Shown here one piece after another: positions 1 to 9,648 of a DNA stretch of 64,000 bases. The notes below the pieces were generated by a model. The model ran no database searches. It had not been told where the DNA came from and worked only from the letters and a program-made list of their open reading frames with translations. Each line of letters begins with the position of its first letter. Position 1 is the stretch's first letter. The stretch is from Bacteroidota bacterium (GTDB lineage: Bacteria > Bacteroidota > Ignavibacteria > UBA10030): contig JBBDYD010000137.1 in assembly GCA_040901865.1 (NCBI GenBank), positions 13,089 through 77,088 of the forward strand, read 5' to 3'. A program made the position numbers and the translations under genes.

Positions 1-77
1 TTTCCTCTCTTGCGGCCCTCTATCCTTCGCGGCGCGCCGGATCTTTGATACCTGTGGAGGCAATACGATGGGAGTAA
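1..77 (+). CDS. 3' end of an FtsX-like ABC permease (LolC/LolE/MacB family), truncated by the window edge
   Basis: Frame starting at nt 3 reads SSLAALYPSRRAAGSLIPVEAIRWE, then TAA at 75-77. This AALYPxxRA...PVEAxR tail is the typical C-terminus of LolC/E-type permeases. It overlaps the downstream ATPase start by 10 nt. Confidence 0.6.
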   Translation, partial: SSLAALYPSRRAGSLIPVEAIRWE

Positions 78-781
78 CACGGCGTCCGACTTTTGTCAAG
101 GGAGAAGGCCTTTGGAAGGAATACTCAACGGGAACGAATTTGGTCGTGGAGGTCCTGAAAGGGGCGGACATCGAGATCAAGCAGGGTGAAATCGTTGTTG
201 TCATCGGACCGTCAGGCTCGGGCAAGAGCACCCTTCTCCACATCCTGGGCGGATTGGATCATCCGACAAAAGGACTGGTCTCGGTGGGCGGACAGAATCT
301 CTTCACCCTCGGAGAGGAACAACGTTCATTGTTCAGAAACACGAAACTCGGGTTCATTTTCCAATTTCACCATCTTCTCCCTGAGTTTACCGCCCTTGAG
401 AACGTGGCGATGCCCGCGCTTGTCAAGGGAGAGCAGATGAAGCAGATCCGACTGCGGGCCGAGAGCCTTTTGCAGGAGGTCGGATTGGGTGACCGAACTA
501 CGCACAAACCCGGGGAGCTTTCTGGTGGTGAACAACAGCGTGTGGCGGTAGCCCGTGCGTTGATGAATGATCCGGTCCTGGTCCTTGCCGATGAGCCATC
601 GGGCAACCTGGATGAAGAGAATGGGGCACGACTACACAAGTTGCTGGTGGATCTTGCGAGACGAAAAGGCCTGACGGTGGTTTTTGCAACACATAATCCC
701 GACCTGACAAAACGTGGGGACAGGATTCTGCGCTTACAGGAAGGGAAACTCACGGCTGTGCGACATATGTCTCACAATTGA
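68..781 (+). CDS. lolD: ABC transporter ATP-binding protein, LolD/MacB-type
   Basis: Walker A GPSGSGKSTLLHILGGLD, signature LSGGEQQRVAVARAL, Walker B LADEPSGNLD. Follows a LolC/E-like permease fragment. Confidence 0.85.
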   Translation: MGVTRRPTFVKGEGLWKEYSTGTNLVVEVLKGADIEIKQGEIVVVIGPSGSGKSTLLHILGGLDHPTKGLVSVGGQNLFTLGEEQRSLFRNTKLGFIFQFHHLLPEFTALENVAMPALVKGEQMKQIRLRAESLLQEVGLGDRTTHKPGELSGGEQQRVAVARALMNDPVLVLADEPSGNLDEENGARLHKLLVDLARRKGLTVVFATHNPDLTKRGDRILRLQEGKLTAVRHMSHN

Positions 782-870
782 AGTGCGCTTGACTTTCTGG
801 CAAAAATGAATAGATTTCTAACCAGGTCGTGTCGACAGTATCTCCCCTGACTGTCGGCAATAAAACGGCC

Positions 871-905
871 AAGCCCGGCGTTTCCCCAACGCTGGGCTTT
901 TTGTT
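871..905 (+). terminator. Rho-independent terminator after lolD
   Basis: Hairpin aagcccggcg / cgctgggctt (one G-T pair) with a tttcccca loop, followed by tttttgtt. Confidence 0.6.
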
Positions 906-925
906 ACGGGAGAGAGGAAAGTCGA

Positions 926-1186
926 ATGTCAAAAGAAACGCAAAAGAAGAAAACCGTCGTGCACTCGCTTCCGCTCACGACACGGAATTATCAAATTCTT
1001 GGACTTGCCCTGCTTTGCATTGTTCTGGGATACATTGCGCTCTCTCAGGAACCTTGGGATGGAACACTACCACTTGTCGTTGCGCCCATCCTTCTGTTTC
1101 TCGGATATTGCGTTCTGGTTCCGGTCGCAATTCTCTACAGGCGGCGAGAGGAACAACAGCCAGCCGAGCCTGGGACCACAAGATGA
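926..1186 (+). CDS. Small two-helix membrane protein (DUF3098-like)
   Basis: 86 aa. Basic N-terminus MSKETQKKK, then two hydrophobic helices (ILGLALLCIVLGYIAL, LVVAPILLFLGYCVLVPVAIL). The pattern resembles small FCB-group membrane proteins; the family call is from memory. Confidence 0.5.
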   Translation: MSKETQKKKTVVHSLPLTTRNYQILGLALLCIVLGYIALSQEPWDGTLPLVVAPILLFLGYCVLVPVAILYRRREEQQPAEPGTTR

Positions 1187-1254
1187 GTGAGGCAGGGGGG
1201 AACGTATTTGACCCGGGGGACTGTTTCATGTACATTGGGTCACGAAACCGATAC

Positions 1255-1329
1255 GAGCGTGTAGCTCAGGGGTAGAGCATCTGCCTTTTAAGCAGAGGGT
1301 CGGTGGTTCGAGCCCACCCACGCTCACCA
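1255..1329 (+). tRNA. tRNA-Lys (anticodon TTT), CCA encoded
   Basis: Acceptor GAGCGTG/CACGCTC, anticodon stem TCTGC/GCAGA with loop CTTTTAA, T arm GGTGG-TTCGAGC-CCACC, discriminator A followed by CCA. Confidence 0.95.
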
Positions 1330-1418
1330 TGGAAAATTGTAAAGGAAAAATGGAAGATTGGGAAGTGACATCATGGATCTCCAATTTTTCTTTGCCAATT
1401 TCCGATTCCCAATGTTTT

Positions 1419-1502
1419 GCCCGGATGGTGGAACTGGCAGACACACCGTCTTGAGGGGGCGGCGCCCGAAAGGGTATGCGAGTTCAAGTCTCGCTCCGGG
1501 CA
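1419..1502 (+). tRNA. tRNA-Leu (anticodon GAG), long variable arm, no encoded CCA
   Basis: Acceptor GCCCGGA/TCCGGGC, anticodon stem CCGTC/GGCGG (one G-U) with loop TTGAGGG, long variable arm cgcccgaaagggtatg, T arm GCGAG-TTCAAGT-CTCGC. Confidence 0.9.
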
Positions 1503-1504
1503 CA

Positions 1505-2302
1505 ATGTCGAACAATAGAAGGAGTCCTCTAAGGATGAGACGAATAGTATCAGCGCTGGTAGGCATTTCAGTAATGTTTGCACTTGCTGTGGGTCAGTCA
1601 CCGCCGGATCCCAACGAGAATGTGGCAAAAAAGCTTTTCAACGAAGGCAATGATCTTTTCAAGGCCGGGAATTACACGGCTGCAATTGAAAAGTGCAAAG
1701 CCGCGCTGGCCCTCGCACAGGACTACCGCTACCAATATTTGTTGGGATTATCCTACAAGAACAGCAAGCAGTATCCTGAGGCAGTCGCTGCGCTGAAGGC
1801 ATCCATTGGACTCAACGGTGGATTCGCCGGGGCGCATAACGCTGTTGGCGGATTGTATTTGACTCGGGGCGAATTTGAGGAGGCGATTGGTTCATTTAAG
1901 ACAGCGCTGAAGGTTGATCCAAGACTTAAGCCGGCGCAAAAGGGGATATCGGAAGCGTACGTCGGTAAAGGGCAAGAGCTGATGGATCAGGGCAACTATG
2001 AAAAGGCGGGAGAACTGATTGACGAAGCCCTTCTGCAACACTCCGAAAATCCCAAGCTCTATCTTCTCGCGGCAAGAATCTACAATCGTTTGGAGCAGCC
2101 CGAAAAAGCGATCGATGTTGCTAATGAGTCCTTGAAGCAGAAAAAAGGAAGGTCAAAAGGAGCAGAGTATTTCGAAATCGGAGTGGCGTACAAGAAAATG
2201 AACGAGATTGCAAAGGCACGCATGGCGTTCGCTGAGGCCAGCAAAGATCCATCGTATAGCCGAAACGCTCAGTACGAACTCGAGGGCCTGAGAGGAAAGT
2301 AA
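1505..2302 (+). CDS. Secreted tetratricopeptide-repeat (TPR) protein
   Basis: The ORF track starts at 1358, but that extension runs through tRNA-Leu. The ATG at 1505 gives MSNNRRSPLRMRRIVSALVGISVMFALAVG, which is signal-like. Repeated A..Y..A...Y..AL TPR-like units follow. Confidence 0.75.
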   Translation: MSNNRRSPLRMRRIVSALVGISVMFALAVGQSPPDPNENVAKKLFNEGNDLFKAGNYTAAIEKCKAALALAQDYRYQYLLGLSYKNSKQYPEAVAALKASIGLNGGFAGAHNAVGGLYLTRGEFEEAIGSFKTALKVDPRLKPAQKGISEAYVGKGQELMDQGNYEKAGELIDEALLQHSENPKLYLLAARIYNRLEQPEKAIDVANESLKQKKGRSKGAEYFEIGVAYKKMNEIAKARMAFAEASKDPSYSRNAQYELEGLRGK

Positions 2303-2329
2303 CAGGTTGCGATGTACCTCAAAAGAGAA

Positions 2330-2358
2330 GGGACGAGACGGTTCGTCCCTTTTTTTTT
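2330..2358 (+). terminator. Rho-independent terminator after the TPR gene
   Basis: gggacga-gacggt-tcgtccc hairpin followed by a run of 9 T. Confidence 0.75.
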
Positions 2359-2372
2359 GATCCTGCGAAACC

Positions 2373-2978
2373 ATGAAACCAAGACAACAAAGAGAGCGGT
2401 TCGTTGTGATCCTGAGCGCCCTATACGCGGTCGGAAAAGGAAGGAATGTGGAATCCTGGCTGCCCTTCACGAGTGACTCCGTCCGCCCGGGACGCCGCTT
2501 TCTTGAGGAACTCTTCATTCACCTCTCATTGATTCTTGGATTTCCGACCATGATTGACGGATTGGAAAAACTATCACGGCTGTACCCGCCCAATTCACAA
2601 TTGCCTAAGAGCACCAATGCGCGCAACGGCCTTGCCATTCTTCGAAGAGTCTATGGTGATCAGACGAAAAAACTTCTGACGAATTTGCGCGCCCTTCATC
2701 CTGAACTGCCGGCATGGGTTGTGAAGGATGTCTATGGAAAAGTGTTCTCAAGGAGAGGAATGAGCCTGCGCGAACGTGAACTGTGCAATGTCGTCGTGCT
2801 TTCGTTTCAGAATCTCGAGAAACAGTTGCGATCGCATATCCGTGGAGCTCAACGAGCTGGCATGTCGTTGCCCGATCTGCGCAAAGCCTTGCTGTTGGCT
2901 CAACGGGTGACGGGTCGAAGGGAACTTCGGGCAATCGAACTTCTCCGTCCGGTTGTGTCTCAAAAGAAGAAGACGTAA
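2373..2978 (+). CDS. AhpD-like / carboxymuconolactone decarboxylase family protein (tentative)
   Basis: 201 aa, all-helical-looking. Segments EELFIHLSLILGFPTMIDGLEKL and LRERELCNVVVLSF resemble the CMD-family repeat. No catalytic CxxC seen. Confidence 0.4.
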   Translation: MKPRQQRERFVVILSALYAVGKGRNVESWLPFTSDSVRPGRRFLEELFIHLSLILGFPTMIDGLEKLSRLYPPNSQLPKSTNARNGLAILRRVYGDQTKKLLTNLRALHPELPAWVVKDVYGKVFSRRGMSLRERELCNVVVLSFQNLEKQLRSHIRGAQRAGMSLPDLRKALLLAQRVTGRRELRAIELLRPVVSQKKKT

Positions 2979-2998
2979 GTTCTCCTGACGCAGACCTC

Positions 2999-3271
2999 AT
3001 GCAAACAAGAGCCGTCATTATTGTCCGTGGTCTTGTTCAGGGAGTGGGGTTTCGCTACTACATTCGAAGGGCCGCTTCGTCCACCGGCCTTTCCGGGTGC
3101 GCGGAAAACCTGGTGAATGGTGATGTCAGGATCATTGCAGAAGGGGAACGAGGACTCATCGAGGATCTTGTTAAATCAGCCCGTATTGGCCCTCGAGGCT
3201 CCCATGTCGCCGGAGTGACCGTTGAGTGGGAACAGCCCAAAAACGATTTTCAGGGATTTGAAATCCGGTAA
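2999..3271 (+). CDS. acyP: Acylphosphatase
   Basis: Internal ATG of ORF 2783..3271. The 90-aa product has V.G.VQGVGFR (VRGLVQGVGFRYY) and NL.NG.V (ENLVNGDVRIIAEG) acylphosphatase signatures. Confidence 0.85.
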   Translation: MQTRAVIIVRGLVQGVGFRYYIRRAASSTGLSGCAENLVNGDVRIIAEGERGLIEDLVKSARIGPRGSHVAGVTVEWEQPKNDFQGFEIR

Positions 3272-3762
3272 TGAACTATAACGCACCGCGGATTGGTATT
3301 GGATATGATGTGCATCGATTTGCCCCCGGACGGAAATTGATCCTCGGAGGTGTTCGCATTCCGTCGGAAGAGGGTCTGCTCGGTCATTCTGATGCGGATG
3401 TTCTCCTTCACGCAGTGTGTGATGCACTGCTCGGTGCGGCCGCCCTTGGAGATATCGGGAAACACTTCCCTGACTCAGCGAGGCGATACAAGAATATTTC
3501 TTCTTTGACGCTGCTGAAGCAGGTCGCGGGAAAAATAAGAAAACGGAAGTACTTGGTTGGGAATATTGATGTCACGGTGGTCCTCGAATCCCCGAGGATC
3601 AGGCCATACGTTTCCCGGATGGAGAAAAACATCGGCCGATGCCTGGGTGTCCCGGCGAATCGAATTTCCGTGAAGGCGACGAGCAACGAAGGTCTTGGGT
3701 TCGCTGGTCGAAAAGAGGGATGCGCCGCTGTTGCCGTAGCCTGCCTTGTCTCGCTGGAGTGA
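3271..3762 (+). CDS. ispF: 2-C-methyl-D-erythritol 2,4-cyclodiphosphate synthase
   Basis: RIGIGYDVHRF and GHSDADVLLHAVCDALLGA motifs; typical size of 163 aa. Confidence 0.95.
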   Translation: MNYNAPRIGIGYDVHRFAPGRKLILGGVRIPSEEGLLGHSDADVLLHAVCDALLGAAALGDIGKHFPDSARRYKNISSLTLLKQVAGKIRKRKYLVGNIDVTVVLESPRIRPYVSRMEKNIGRCLGVPANRISVKATSNEGLGFAGRKEGCAAVAVACLVSLE

Positions 3763-3767
3763 CTTCT

Positions 3768-4406
3768 GTGGATTCCATCATCGAAAGCCTGCTTGCCATG
3801 AACCCTCTGTGGGTGTACTGCGCGGTGGCAGGTATAGCCTATATTGAAAATCTGCTCCCCCCGTTTCCCTCCGATGTGGCTATTGTTGCCGCAGCCTCCT
3901 TGATCGGATTCGGAACGATCGACTTTGTTGTACTCCTCGTCGTTGCCACGGTCGGCAGCACCCTCGGGTTCGTTACAATGTATCGTCTCGGCGACTGGTT
4001 TGGGGACAAGGTCCTCGAAACGGGGAAAATCCCCTTTGTTCCGATTGAGAACGTACATAAAGTCGAAACCTGGTTCCGCAAATACGGGTACTGGGTGATC
4101 GTCGTCAACAGGTTCCTGGCCGGAACAAGGGCCGTTGTTTCGTTCTTTGCAGGGATGTCGGAATTGTCCCTCTGGAAGACGACTATGCTGTCATTCGTAA
4201 GCGCCCTGATGTGGAATACCATACTTATATTCGCGGGAAAAGCGCTGGGGGACAACTGGTCGGAGATTGCTATTTACCTTGAAACATACAGCAAAGCAGC
4301 TACATTGGCCGTTCTCATGATTGCTCTCGTCGTCGTCGCGCGTTATTACTATAAAAATCAACAATCCCAGAAGACTACGGTCGGCACAAACGGCAAGAAT
4401 CCGTGA
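3768..4406 (+). CDS. DedA family membrane protein
   Basis: ENLLPPFPSDV and VNRFLAGTRAVVSFFAG motifs, multiple TM helices. Start placed at GTG 3768 just after the ispF stop; ATG 3798 is an alternative. Confidence 0.8.
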   Translation: MDSIIESLLAMNPLWVYCAVAGIAYIENLLPPFPSDVAIVAAASLIGFGTIDFVVLLVVATVGSTLGFVTMYRLGDWFGDKVLETGKIPFVPIENVHKVETWFRKYGYWVIVVNRFLAGTRAVVSFFAGMSELSLWKTTMLSFVSALMWNTILIFAGKALGDNWSEIAIYLETYSKAATLAVLMIALVVVARYYYKNQQSQKTTVGTNGKNP

Positions 4407-4990
4407 TGGAACTTCTGAACAGCCTAGATCGTGCAATGTTCTATTTTATCAATGGCACGATGCAAAACATCCTGTTTGACATCTCGATGCCGATTCTTAC
4501 CGATCTGAACAAGCAAATAGTCATACTCTTCTCGCTGGCAATTCTCCTTCTCTGGATGCTTGTGAGAGGAGGAGTCACGGGGCGATCGGCTGCGGTCCTT
4601 CTCATTGTGACTATTATCTTCAGCGACCAGCTCAACAGCTCGTGGATCAAGCACTTGTTCGAGCGGATTCGACCCTGTCACGCTTTGGAAGATGTGCATC
4701 TTTTGGTGAGTTGCGGGAGCGGCTATTCTTTTCCGTCTTCTCATGCCGTGAATAATGCCGCAGGCGCAGTCGTTCTTTCCTTCTTTTACCGAAAATGGAC
4801 ATGGGCATTCGCCGTCTTCGCAGGTGTCGTGGGGTTTTCAAGAGTCTATGTTGGGGCTCACTATCCCTTTGATGTACTTGGAGGATTTGTGCTCGGAGCC
4901 GGTTGCGCAGCGCTGGTTCTGATGGCATTCGTTTGGATTCGATCGTGGTGGACGTCCCGGACATCTCCGGAGGGAGAACCTTCGAAATGA
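4403..4990 (+). CDS. PAP2-family lipid phosphatase
   Basis: Acid-phosphatase motifs KxxxxxxRP (KHLFERIRP), SFPSSHAVNNA and SRVYVGAHYPFDVLGG; membrane protein. Confidence 0.8.
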   Translation: MMELLNSLDRAMFYFINGTMQNILFDISMPILTDLNKQIVILFSLAILLLWMLVRGGVTGRSAAVLLIVTIIFSDQLNSSWIKHLFERIRPCHALEDVHLLVSCGSGYSFPSSHAVNNAAGAVVLSFFYRKWTWAFAVFAGVVGFSRVYVGAHYPFDVLGGFVLGAGCAALVLMAFVWIRSWWTSRTSPEGEPSK

Positions 4991-6660
4991 ACACAATCGC
5001 TGAACGCTTGAAACACGCCGAAGTCCGGCGTTCGAACCTCCTGCTGGCAATTTCCTCAGGGGTATTGTTGGGGTTTGCATTCCCTCCATCACCTTTCTAT
5101 TCTTTCGCATATCTCGGACTTGTTCCATTCCTTTTTCTCCTGGTCCGGCTTGAGACCGTTGGGTCCGTCCTCCGCTATAGTTACTTGTCGATGGGAGTGT
5201 TTCACCTCATCACCCTTTATTGGGTCGGCGGTTTTACGCATTTGCGCGATCCGTATCTGATGATCTCCGGCGGTTTACTTCTTGTCATCCATCCAATGTT
5301 CTACTGGCTCCCGATTCTTGGCGGGTTCGTGATCCTCCGTCGATGGGGAGAGAAAGCATTCCTTGCCGCCTTTCCACTTTTATGGGTCGGTTTCGAGTTC
5401 AGTCATTCGCTCGGTGAGTTTTCATACCCCTGGCTCACCCTTGGGAACAGTCAGGCCTACGACACCAACCGGATTCAGATGGTCGAGTTTACGTCGGTGT
5501 ACGGATTGTCGATGCTGATTCTCGTTTTCAACGTTCTTTCGTTTGTCGTCATTCGTAATCTGACGAACAGAACATGGACGCCGCTTGCGCGACGGTCCGT
5601 TACAACGATTTCTCTGCTGGCCGTCTTATATCTCTTGCCGCTCATCTATGGAGTCATGAGAAAGGAATCTTTTGCCGTCAGCAGTGGGAAGACTGTGAAG
5701 GTGGGGATTGTACAGCCGAATATCGATCCCTTCGAGAAATGGGGAGAAGGATTTGAATCGAAATGGGAATCGTATGCAAGGCAGCTGAGCATCCTCTATG
5801 AGGAAACCCGGAGACTTTCTGCAGATTCACTCGACGTTGTTTTCTGGCCCGAAACCGCGATTCCGTTTTATATTCTCCTTCCTCAGAATGCGGAGTTCTA
5901 CAACCAACTCAAACATGAGGTCGATCTTGGTGGAACTCCGGTGTTCACCGGTGTCCCTGACGGCGTCTATCTCGATTCTGCCCATGCCACCCCGACAGCG
6001 AAGTGGATCCCGCAGGCCGGAATGTTTTTTGAAGGATATAACGCTGCCACACTGTTCAAGCCGTATGAGGGGATCGGGCCGGTGTATCACAAGGTCAATC
6101 TCGTGCCGTTTGCAGAGCGCGTCCCGTACGCAGAGACGATGACATTTCTGATTGAGGCGGTTCGATGGAGCGTCGGACTTGGAAGCTGGGGAAAAGGGAC
6201 CGAGCGGGTCGTATTTTCTCTCCCCACGCGTTCGGCAGACACTGTTCTTTTCTCGGGGATGATCTGTTACGAACTGATCTTTCCTGGTTACGTAAGGCAA
6301 CTTGTGGAGGAGGGGGCCGAGTTCCTCGTAGTTGTATCAAATGACAGTTGGTGGGGAAATACATCAGGCGCACGACAACTCTCTGCGACGACAGTACTCC
6401 GGGCTGTCGAAACCCGCCGCTGGATCGTCCGGTGTGCCAATGGAGGCATTTCCGGGATTATTGACCCATCAGGAAGGATGGTACAGGAAACAGAGATGTT
6501 CGAATCTGCAACGGTGAGCGGAATGGTACAGGCGGAACAAGGGAAAACATTCTATGTGCGTCATGGTGATATCCTGGGATGGGGAAGCCTTATCGGAGGA
6601 CTGATTGCCGTCGCGGCTGCATTGGCGGTTCCGGGCAGGAGAAGAGAAGGGATGCAATGA
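4987..6660 (+). CDS. lnt: Apolipoprotein N-acyltransferase
   Basis: N-terminal polytopic region plus a C-terminal nitrilase-like domain with VVFWPETAIPF, ICYELIFP (catalytic Cys) and VVSNDSWWG. Start at ATG 4987 (ATGA overlap with PAP2). Confidence 0.85.
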   Translation: MNTIAERLKHAEVRRSNLLLAISSGVLLGFAFPPSPFYSFAYLGLVPFLFLLVRLETVGSVLRYSYLSMGVFHLITLYWVGGFTHLRDPYLMISGGLLLVIHPMFYWLPILGGFVILRRWGEKAFLAAFPLLWVGFEFSHSLGEFSYPWLTLGNSQAYDTNRIQMVEFTSVYGLSMLILVFNVLSFVVIRNLTNRTWTPLARRSVTTISLLAVLYLLPLIYGVMRKESFAVSSGKTVKVGIVQPNIDPFEKWGEGFESKWESYARQLSILYEETRRLSADSLDVVFWPETAIPFYILLPQNAEFYNQLKHEVDLGGTPVFTGVPDGVYLDSAHATPTAKWIPQAGMFFEGYNAATLFKPYEGIGPVYHKVNLVPFAERVPYAETMTFLIEAVRWSVGLGSWGKGTERVVFSLPTRSADTVLFSGMICYELIFPGYVRQLVEEGAEFLVVVSNDSWWGNTSGARQLSATTVLRAVETRRWIVRCANGGISGIIDPSGRMVQETEMFESATVSGMVQAEQGKTFYVRHGDILGWGSLIGGLIAVAAALAVPGRRREGMQ

Positions 6661-7685
6661 TGATTGACCTGAGGAGTGACACGGTCACCAAGCCGTCGGA
6701 GGGTATGCGGACTGCGATGTCGCGTGCACTGGTGGGGGATGACGTCTTTGGTGAGGACCCGACGGTCAACCGCCTTCAGGAAACGATGGCGGAACTGCTC
6801 GGGAAGGAGGCCGCCCTGTTTACGCCGACTGGAGTCATGGCCAATCAGATTGCCATCCGTTGTCACACGCAACCCGGAGATGAAGTTATTGTCGAGAGGG
6901 ATTCGCATATTCTCAATTACGAAACGGGCGCGCCGGCTCTTGTCTCGGGAGTGCAATTGCTCCCAGTCCCGGGTGTGCGTGGGATTCCCGATGTGGATGG
7001 GATTGAAGAGGCGATCCGGCAGGATGCGTATTACCTTCCGCGAACATCTCTCATTTGCCTCGAGAATACGCACAACCGCGCGGGAGGCACGGTGTTTCCG
7101 TTGGAGACCATGCGGCGCATCAGGGATGTTGCATCGAGGAGACAGATTCGTGTGCATCTTGACGGAGCCAGAATCTGGAACGCCTGGGTTGCGAGCGGTG
7201 TTCACCCCCGTACGTATGCCGGGCTGGCGGATTCGATTTCCGTGTGTTTCTCCAAAGGACTTGGTGCTCCCGTAGGTTCACTCATTGCTGGAACCCGGTC
7301 CTTCATCGAACATGCCCGGAAGGCCAGAAAAATTCTGGGTGGCGGAATGCGTCAGGCAGGGATCCTTGCCGCCGCAGCTTTGTATGCCATCGAACATAAT
7401 GTTGAGCGCCTGAAGGAAGATCACGCAAACGCAAAAGCGTTTTCCTCTGCGGTGAATGAGACACTCAAGGGCAGAATACTTTGCTCAGATTCCGAAACAA
7501 ACATTATTATCATGGATATCGGCAGGAGCGGAAAACGACCCTCGGAAATGCTCTCTCTCCTGACGGATGCCGGAGTAGCACTGACGCAGGCGGGACCTGC
7601 TGCCTTACGCGCAGTCACTCACATGGATGTATCACGCGGTGATGTTCTCAAAGCCGCAGAGTTGATCGGAAAGGCGCTTCGGTGA
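6657..7685 (+). CDS. ltaE: Low-specificity L-threonine aldolase (PLP enzyme)
   Basis: IDLRSDTVTKP N-terminus and FSKGLGAPVGS PLP-lysine motif. Start ATG 6657 overlaps the lnt stop. Confidence 0.85.
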   Translation: MMIDLRSDTVTKPSEGMRTAMSRALVGDDVFGEDPTVNRLQETMAELLGKEAALFTPTGVMANQIAIRCHTQPGDEVIVERDSHILNYETGAPALVSGVQLLPVPGVRGIPDVDGIEEAIRQDAYYLPRTSLICLENTHNRAGGTVFPLETMRRIRDVASRRQIRVHLDGARIWNAWVASGVHPRTYAGLADSISVCFSKGLGAPVGSLIAGTRSFIEHARKARKILGGGMRQAGILAAAALYAIEHNVERLKEDHANAKAFSSAVNETLKGRILCSDSETNIIIMDIGRSGKRPSEMLSLLTDAGVALTQAGPAALRAVTHMDVSRGDVLKAAELIGKALR

Positions 7686-8161
7686 TGGAGCAAGAACGGT
7701 TCCAGAAAGAGTTATTCAGGCATGTGGCAGACCTCCAGGTCCGGAACTATGAGGTTGACTGGCAGGGAATTGTTCATAACGCCGTATACTTGCAGTACTT
7801 TGAGGTGGGTCGCGTGGAGTACCTCAAACAAATCGGTGCGGCGCTTGACCTCAACAGTGTTCGCGGACACAGCAAGGTTGTCCTTGTGAGAAATGAAATT
7901 GATTATCGAAGCTCTTTGACATTTGACGAAAAACTCCAGGTACACTCGAGGATTTCGACAATCCGCAATTCGAGTTTTCTGATGGAGGGGTTGTTGGTCC
8001 GGAAGGAATCCGGGCAACCTGTTTCCACAAATGTCGCCCACCACGTCTGGCTTGATCCCGTCACAAACGCCCCGCTGCGGGTCCCTGACACATTCAGAAA
8101 GCTCGTCCAGGCCTACGAAGGGGCACATTGCTCCATTACCTGGTCTGTGGACGAGGCATGA
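7682..8161 (+). CDS. Acyl-CoA thioesterase, 4HBT/YbgC-like hotdog fold
   Basis: VRNYEVDWQGIVHNAVYLQYFEVGRVEYL matches the D..G.V.N..Y...FE..R pattern of 4HBT thioesterases. Confidence 0.7.
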   Translation: MMEQERFQKELFRHVADLQVRNYEVDWQGIVHNAVYLQYFEVGRVEYLKQIGAALDLNSVRGHSKVVLVRNEIDYRSSLTFDEKLQVHSRISTIRNSSFLMEGLLVRKESGQPVSTNVAHHVWLDPVTNAPLRVPDTFRKLVQAYEGAHCSITWSVDEA

Positions 8162-9648
8162 CGACATTCGAGGAGTTCAAGGTCCTCTGTAACGGAGGCA
8201 ATGTTGTTCCGGTGTACGAGCTGTTGCCGGCAGACATGGAAACTCCTGTTTCGGTGTATCAATCGATCAGGAGTGAAAGCGCGTACTCGTTTCTACTGGA
8301 AAGCGTTGAAGGGGGAGAACACATCGCCCGGTATTCGTTCCTCGGGTTCGATCCATTCATGAAATGCACGGTGAGAGGAGACTCCCTTTCGATCGAGACA
8401 TTTCATGACGATGTCAGAGTCTTGCCGTCGCTCGTCAATCCCTCCGATCCACCCCTGGAATCGCTCAAGGTCCTGTTCAATCATATCCGGACGGTGAACA
8501 TACCGGGACTTCCGCGTCTGACAGGAGGAGCGGTTGGGTACGTAGGCTATGAATGCGTCTGCCTTGTCGAGGATGTGCCTTCTGCGCAGGAAGACGAACT
8601 TTCCATCCCCGACGCGATCTTGCTGTTCTACGACACGATTCTGGTTTTTGATAACCTGAAACGTCAAATCGTTCTGATTTCGAACGCCTATATTTCCGAT
8701 CCTTCAATGAGCGACATCTTGCTGAGGGAGGAATATGATAAAGCTGTTTCGGGGATTGTGCACCTGAAAAAACTCTTGCATGAACGTCCGGAACGGGCGC
8801 GATCCATCAACACGATCGTCGGCCCGTCGCTTCACGGGCTTTCGAGAGAAGAGTTTTGCTCGCTCGTTGACAGGGCGAAACAATATATTGTTGATGGAGA
8901 TGTTTTCCAGGTTGTCCTTTCGCAGCGCATTCGGCAGAAGGCGCACGTCGATTGGTTCGATTTATACAGAAACCTTCGAATGGTGAATCCGTCTCCGTAT
9001 ATGTATTTTCTGCATATGAACGATATGGCCATCATCGGGTCATCTCCCGAAATGCTGGTAAGAGTTGAGGAAAGGGTAGTCCAAACGCGGCCCATCGCCG
9101 GTACTCGCAGGCGTGGGAAAACCAAGGAAGAGGATGCTCAGCTTGAGAAAGAGCTGCTCAATGACGCGAAAGAGCGTGCTGAACATTTGATGCTTGTCGA
9201 CCTCGGCCGCAACGACCTTGGGCGTATTTGCGATTTCGGATCCGTGGAGGTCACGCAGCTCATGGGAGTGGAGCGATACTCCCATGTCATGCATATCGTT
9301 TCCAACATCCGGGGCACCCTCCGGAAGGAAGTGTCGCCCATCGACGCGCTCTTCGCGTGCTTTCCGGCGGGCACTCTCACCGGTGCTCCAAAAATCAGGG
9401 CGATGGAAATCATAGCGGAATGTGAACCCGTGAGACGTGGAATCTATGGCGGTGCTGTGGTGTACATCGATTTCTCGGGGAATCTGGATTCCTGTATTGC
9501 CATCCGCACAATCCTGGCAAAAGCGGATGAACTCTACTTTCAGGCCGGGGCGGGCATCGTGTTCGATTCCACCCCAGAACGCGAGTATGATGAAACCCTC
9601 GAGAAGCTCGGCGCGAACCTTCGCGCCCTGGAGATGCTCAGATCATGA
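8158..9648 (+). CDS. trpE: Anthranilate synthase component I
   Basis: [10 protein letters not shown]...RYSF (Trp-feedback LLES motif), [21 protein letters not shown]. Start ATG 8158 overlaps the upstream stop. Confidence 0.9.
   Translation: MTTFEEFKVLCNGGNVVPVYELLPADMETPVSVYQSIRSESAYSFLLESVEGGEHIARYSFLGFDPFMKCTVRGDSLSIETFHDDVRVLPSLVNPSDPPLESLKVLFNHIRTVNIPGLPRLTGGAVGYVGYECVCLVEDVPSAQEDELSIPDAILLFYDTILVFDNLKRQIVLISNAYISDPSMSDILLREEYDKAVSGIVHLKKLLHERPERARSINTIVGPSLHGLSREEFCSLVDRAKQYIVDGDVFQVVLSQRIRQKAHVDWFDLYRNLRMVNPSPYMYFLHMNDMAIIGSSPEMLVRVEERVVQTRPIAGTRRRGKTKEEDAQLEKELLNDAKERAEHLMLVDLGRNDLGRICDFGSVEVTQLMGVERYSHVMHIVSNIRGTLRKEVSPIDALFACFPAGTLTGAPKIRAMEIIAECEPVRRGIYGGAVVYIDFSGNLDSCIAIRTILAKADELYFQAGAGIVFDSTPEREYDETLEKLGANLRALEMLRS

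Noticed and set aside
1255-1502. The tRNA-Lys/tRNA-Leu pair as a possible integration hotspot for a genomic island
   Set aside because: There is no integrase, no duplicated tRNA 3' end and no mobility genes anywhere in the window. The flanking genes are ordinary housekeeping genes.
1358-1504. N-terminal extension of the 314-aa ORF (1358..2302) upstream of the TPR protein
   Set aside because: The extension runs straight through the tRNA-Leu gene (1419-1502). The ATG at 1505 gives a sensible signal peptide, so the long start is an artefact.
6561-7205. 214-aa antisense ORF opposite ltaE; similar shadow ORFs lie at 3408-4058, 9540-10148, 16608-17201, 19124-19789, 26524-27123, 27675-28931 and 56193-56777
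   Set aside because: Each fully overlaps a gene with strong family motifs on the other strand. All lack recognisable motifs and look like typical shadow ORFs of moderately GC-rich coding DNA.
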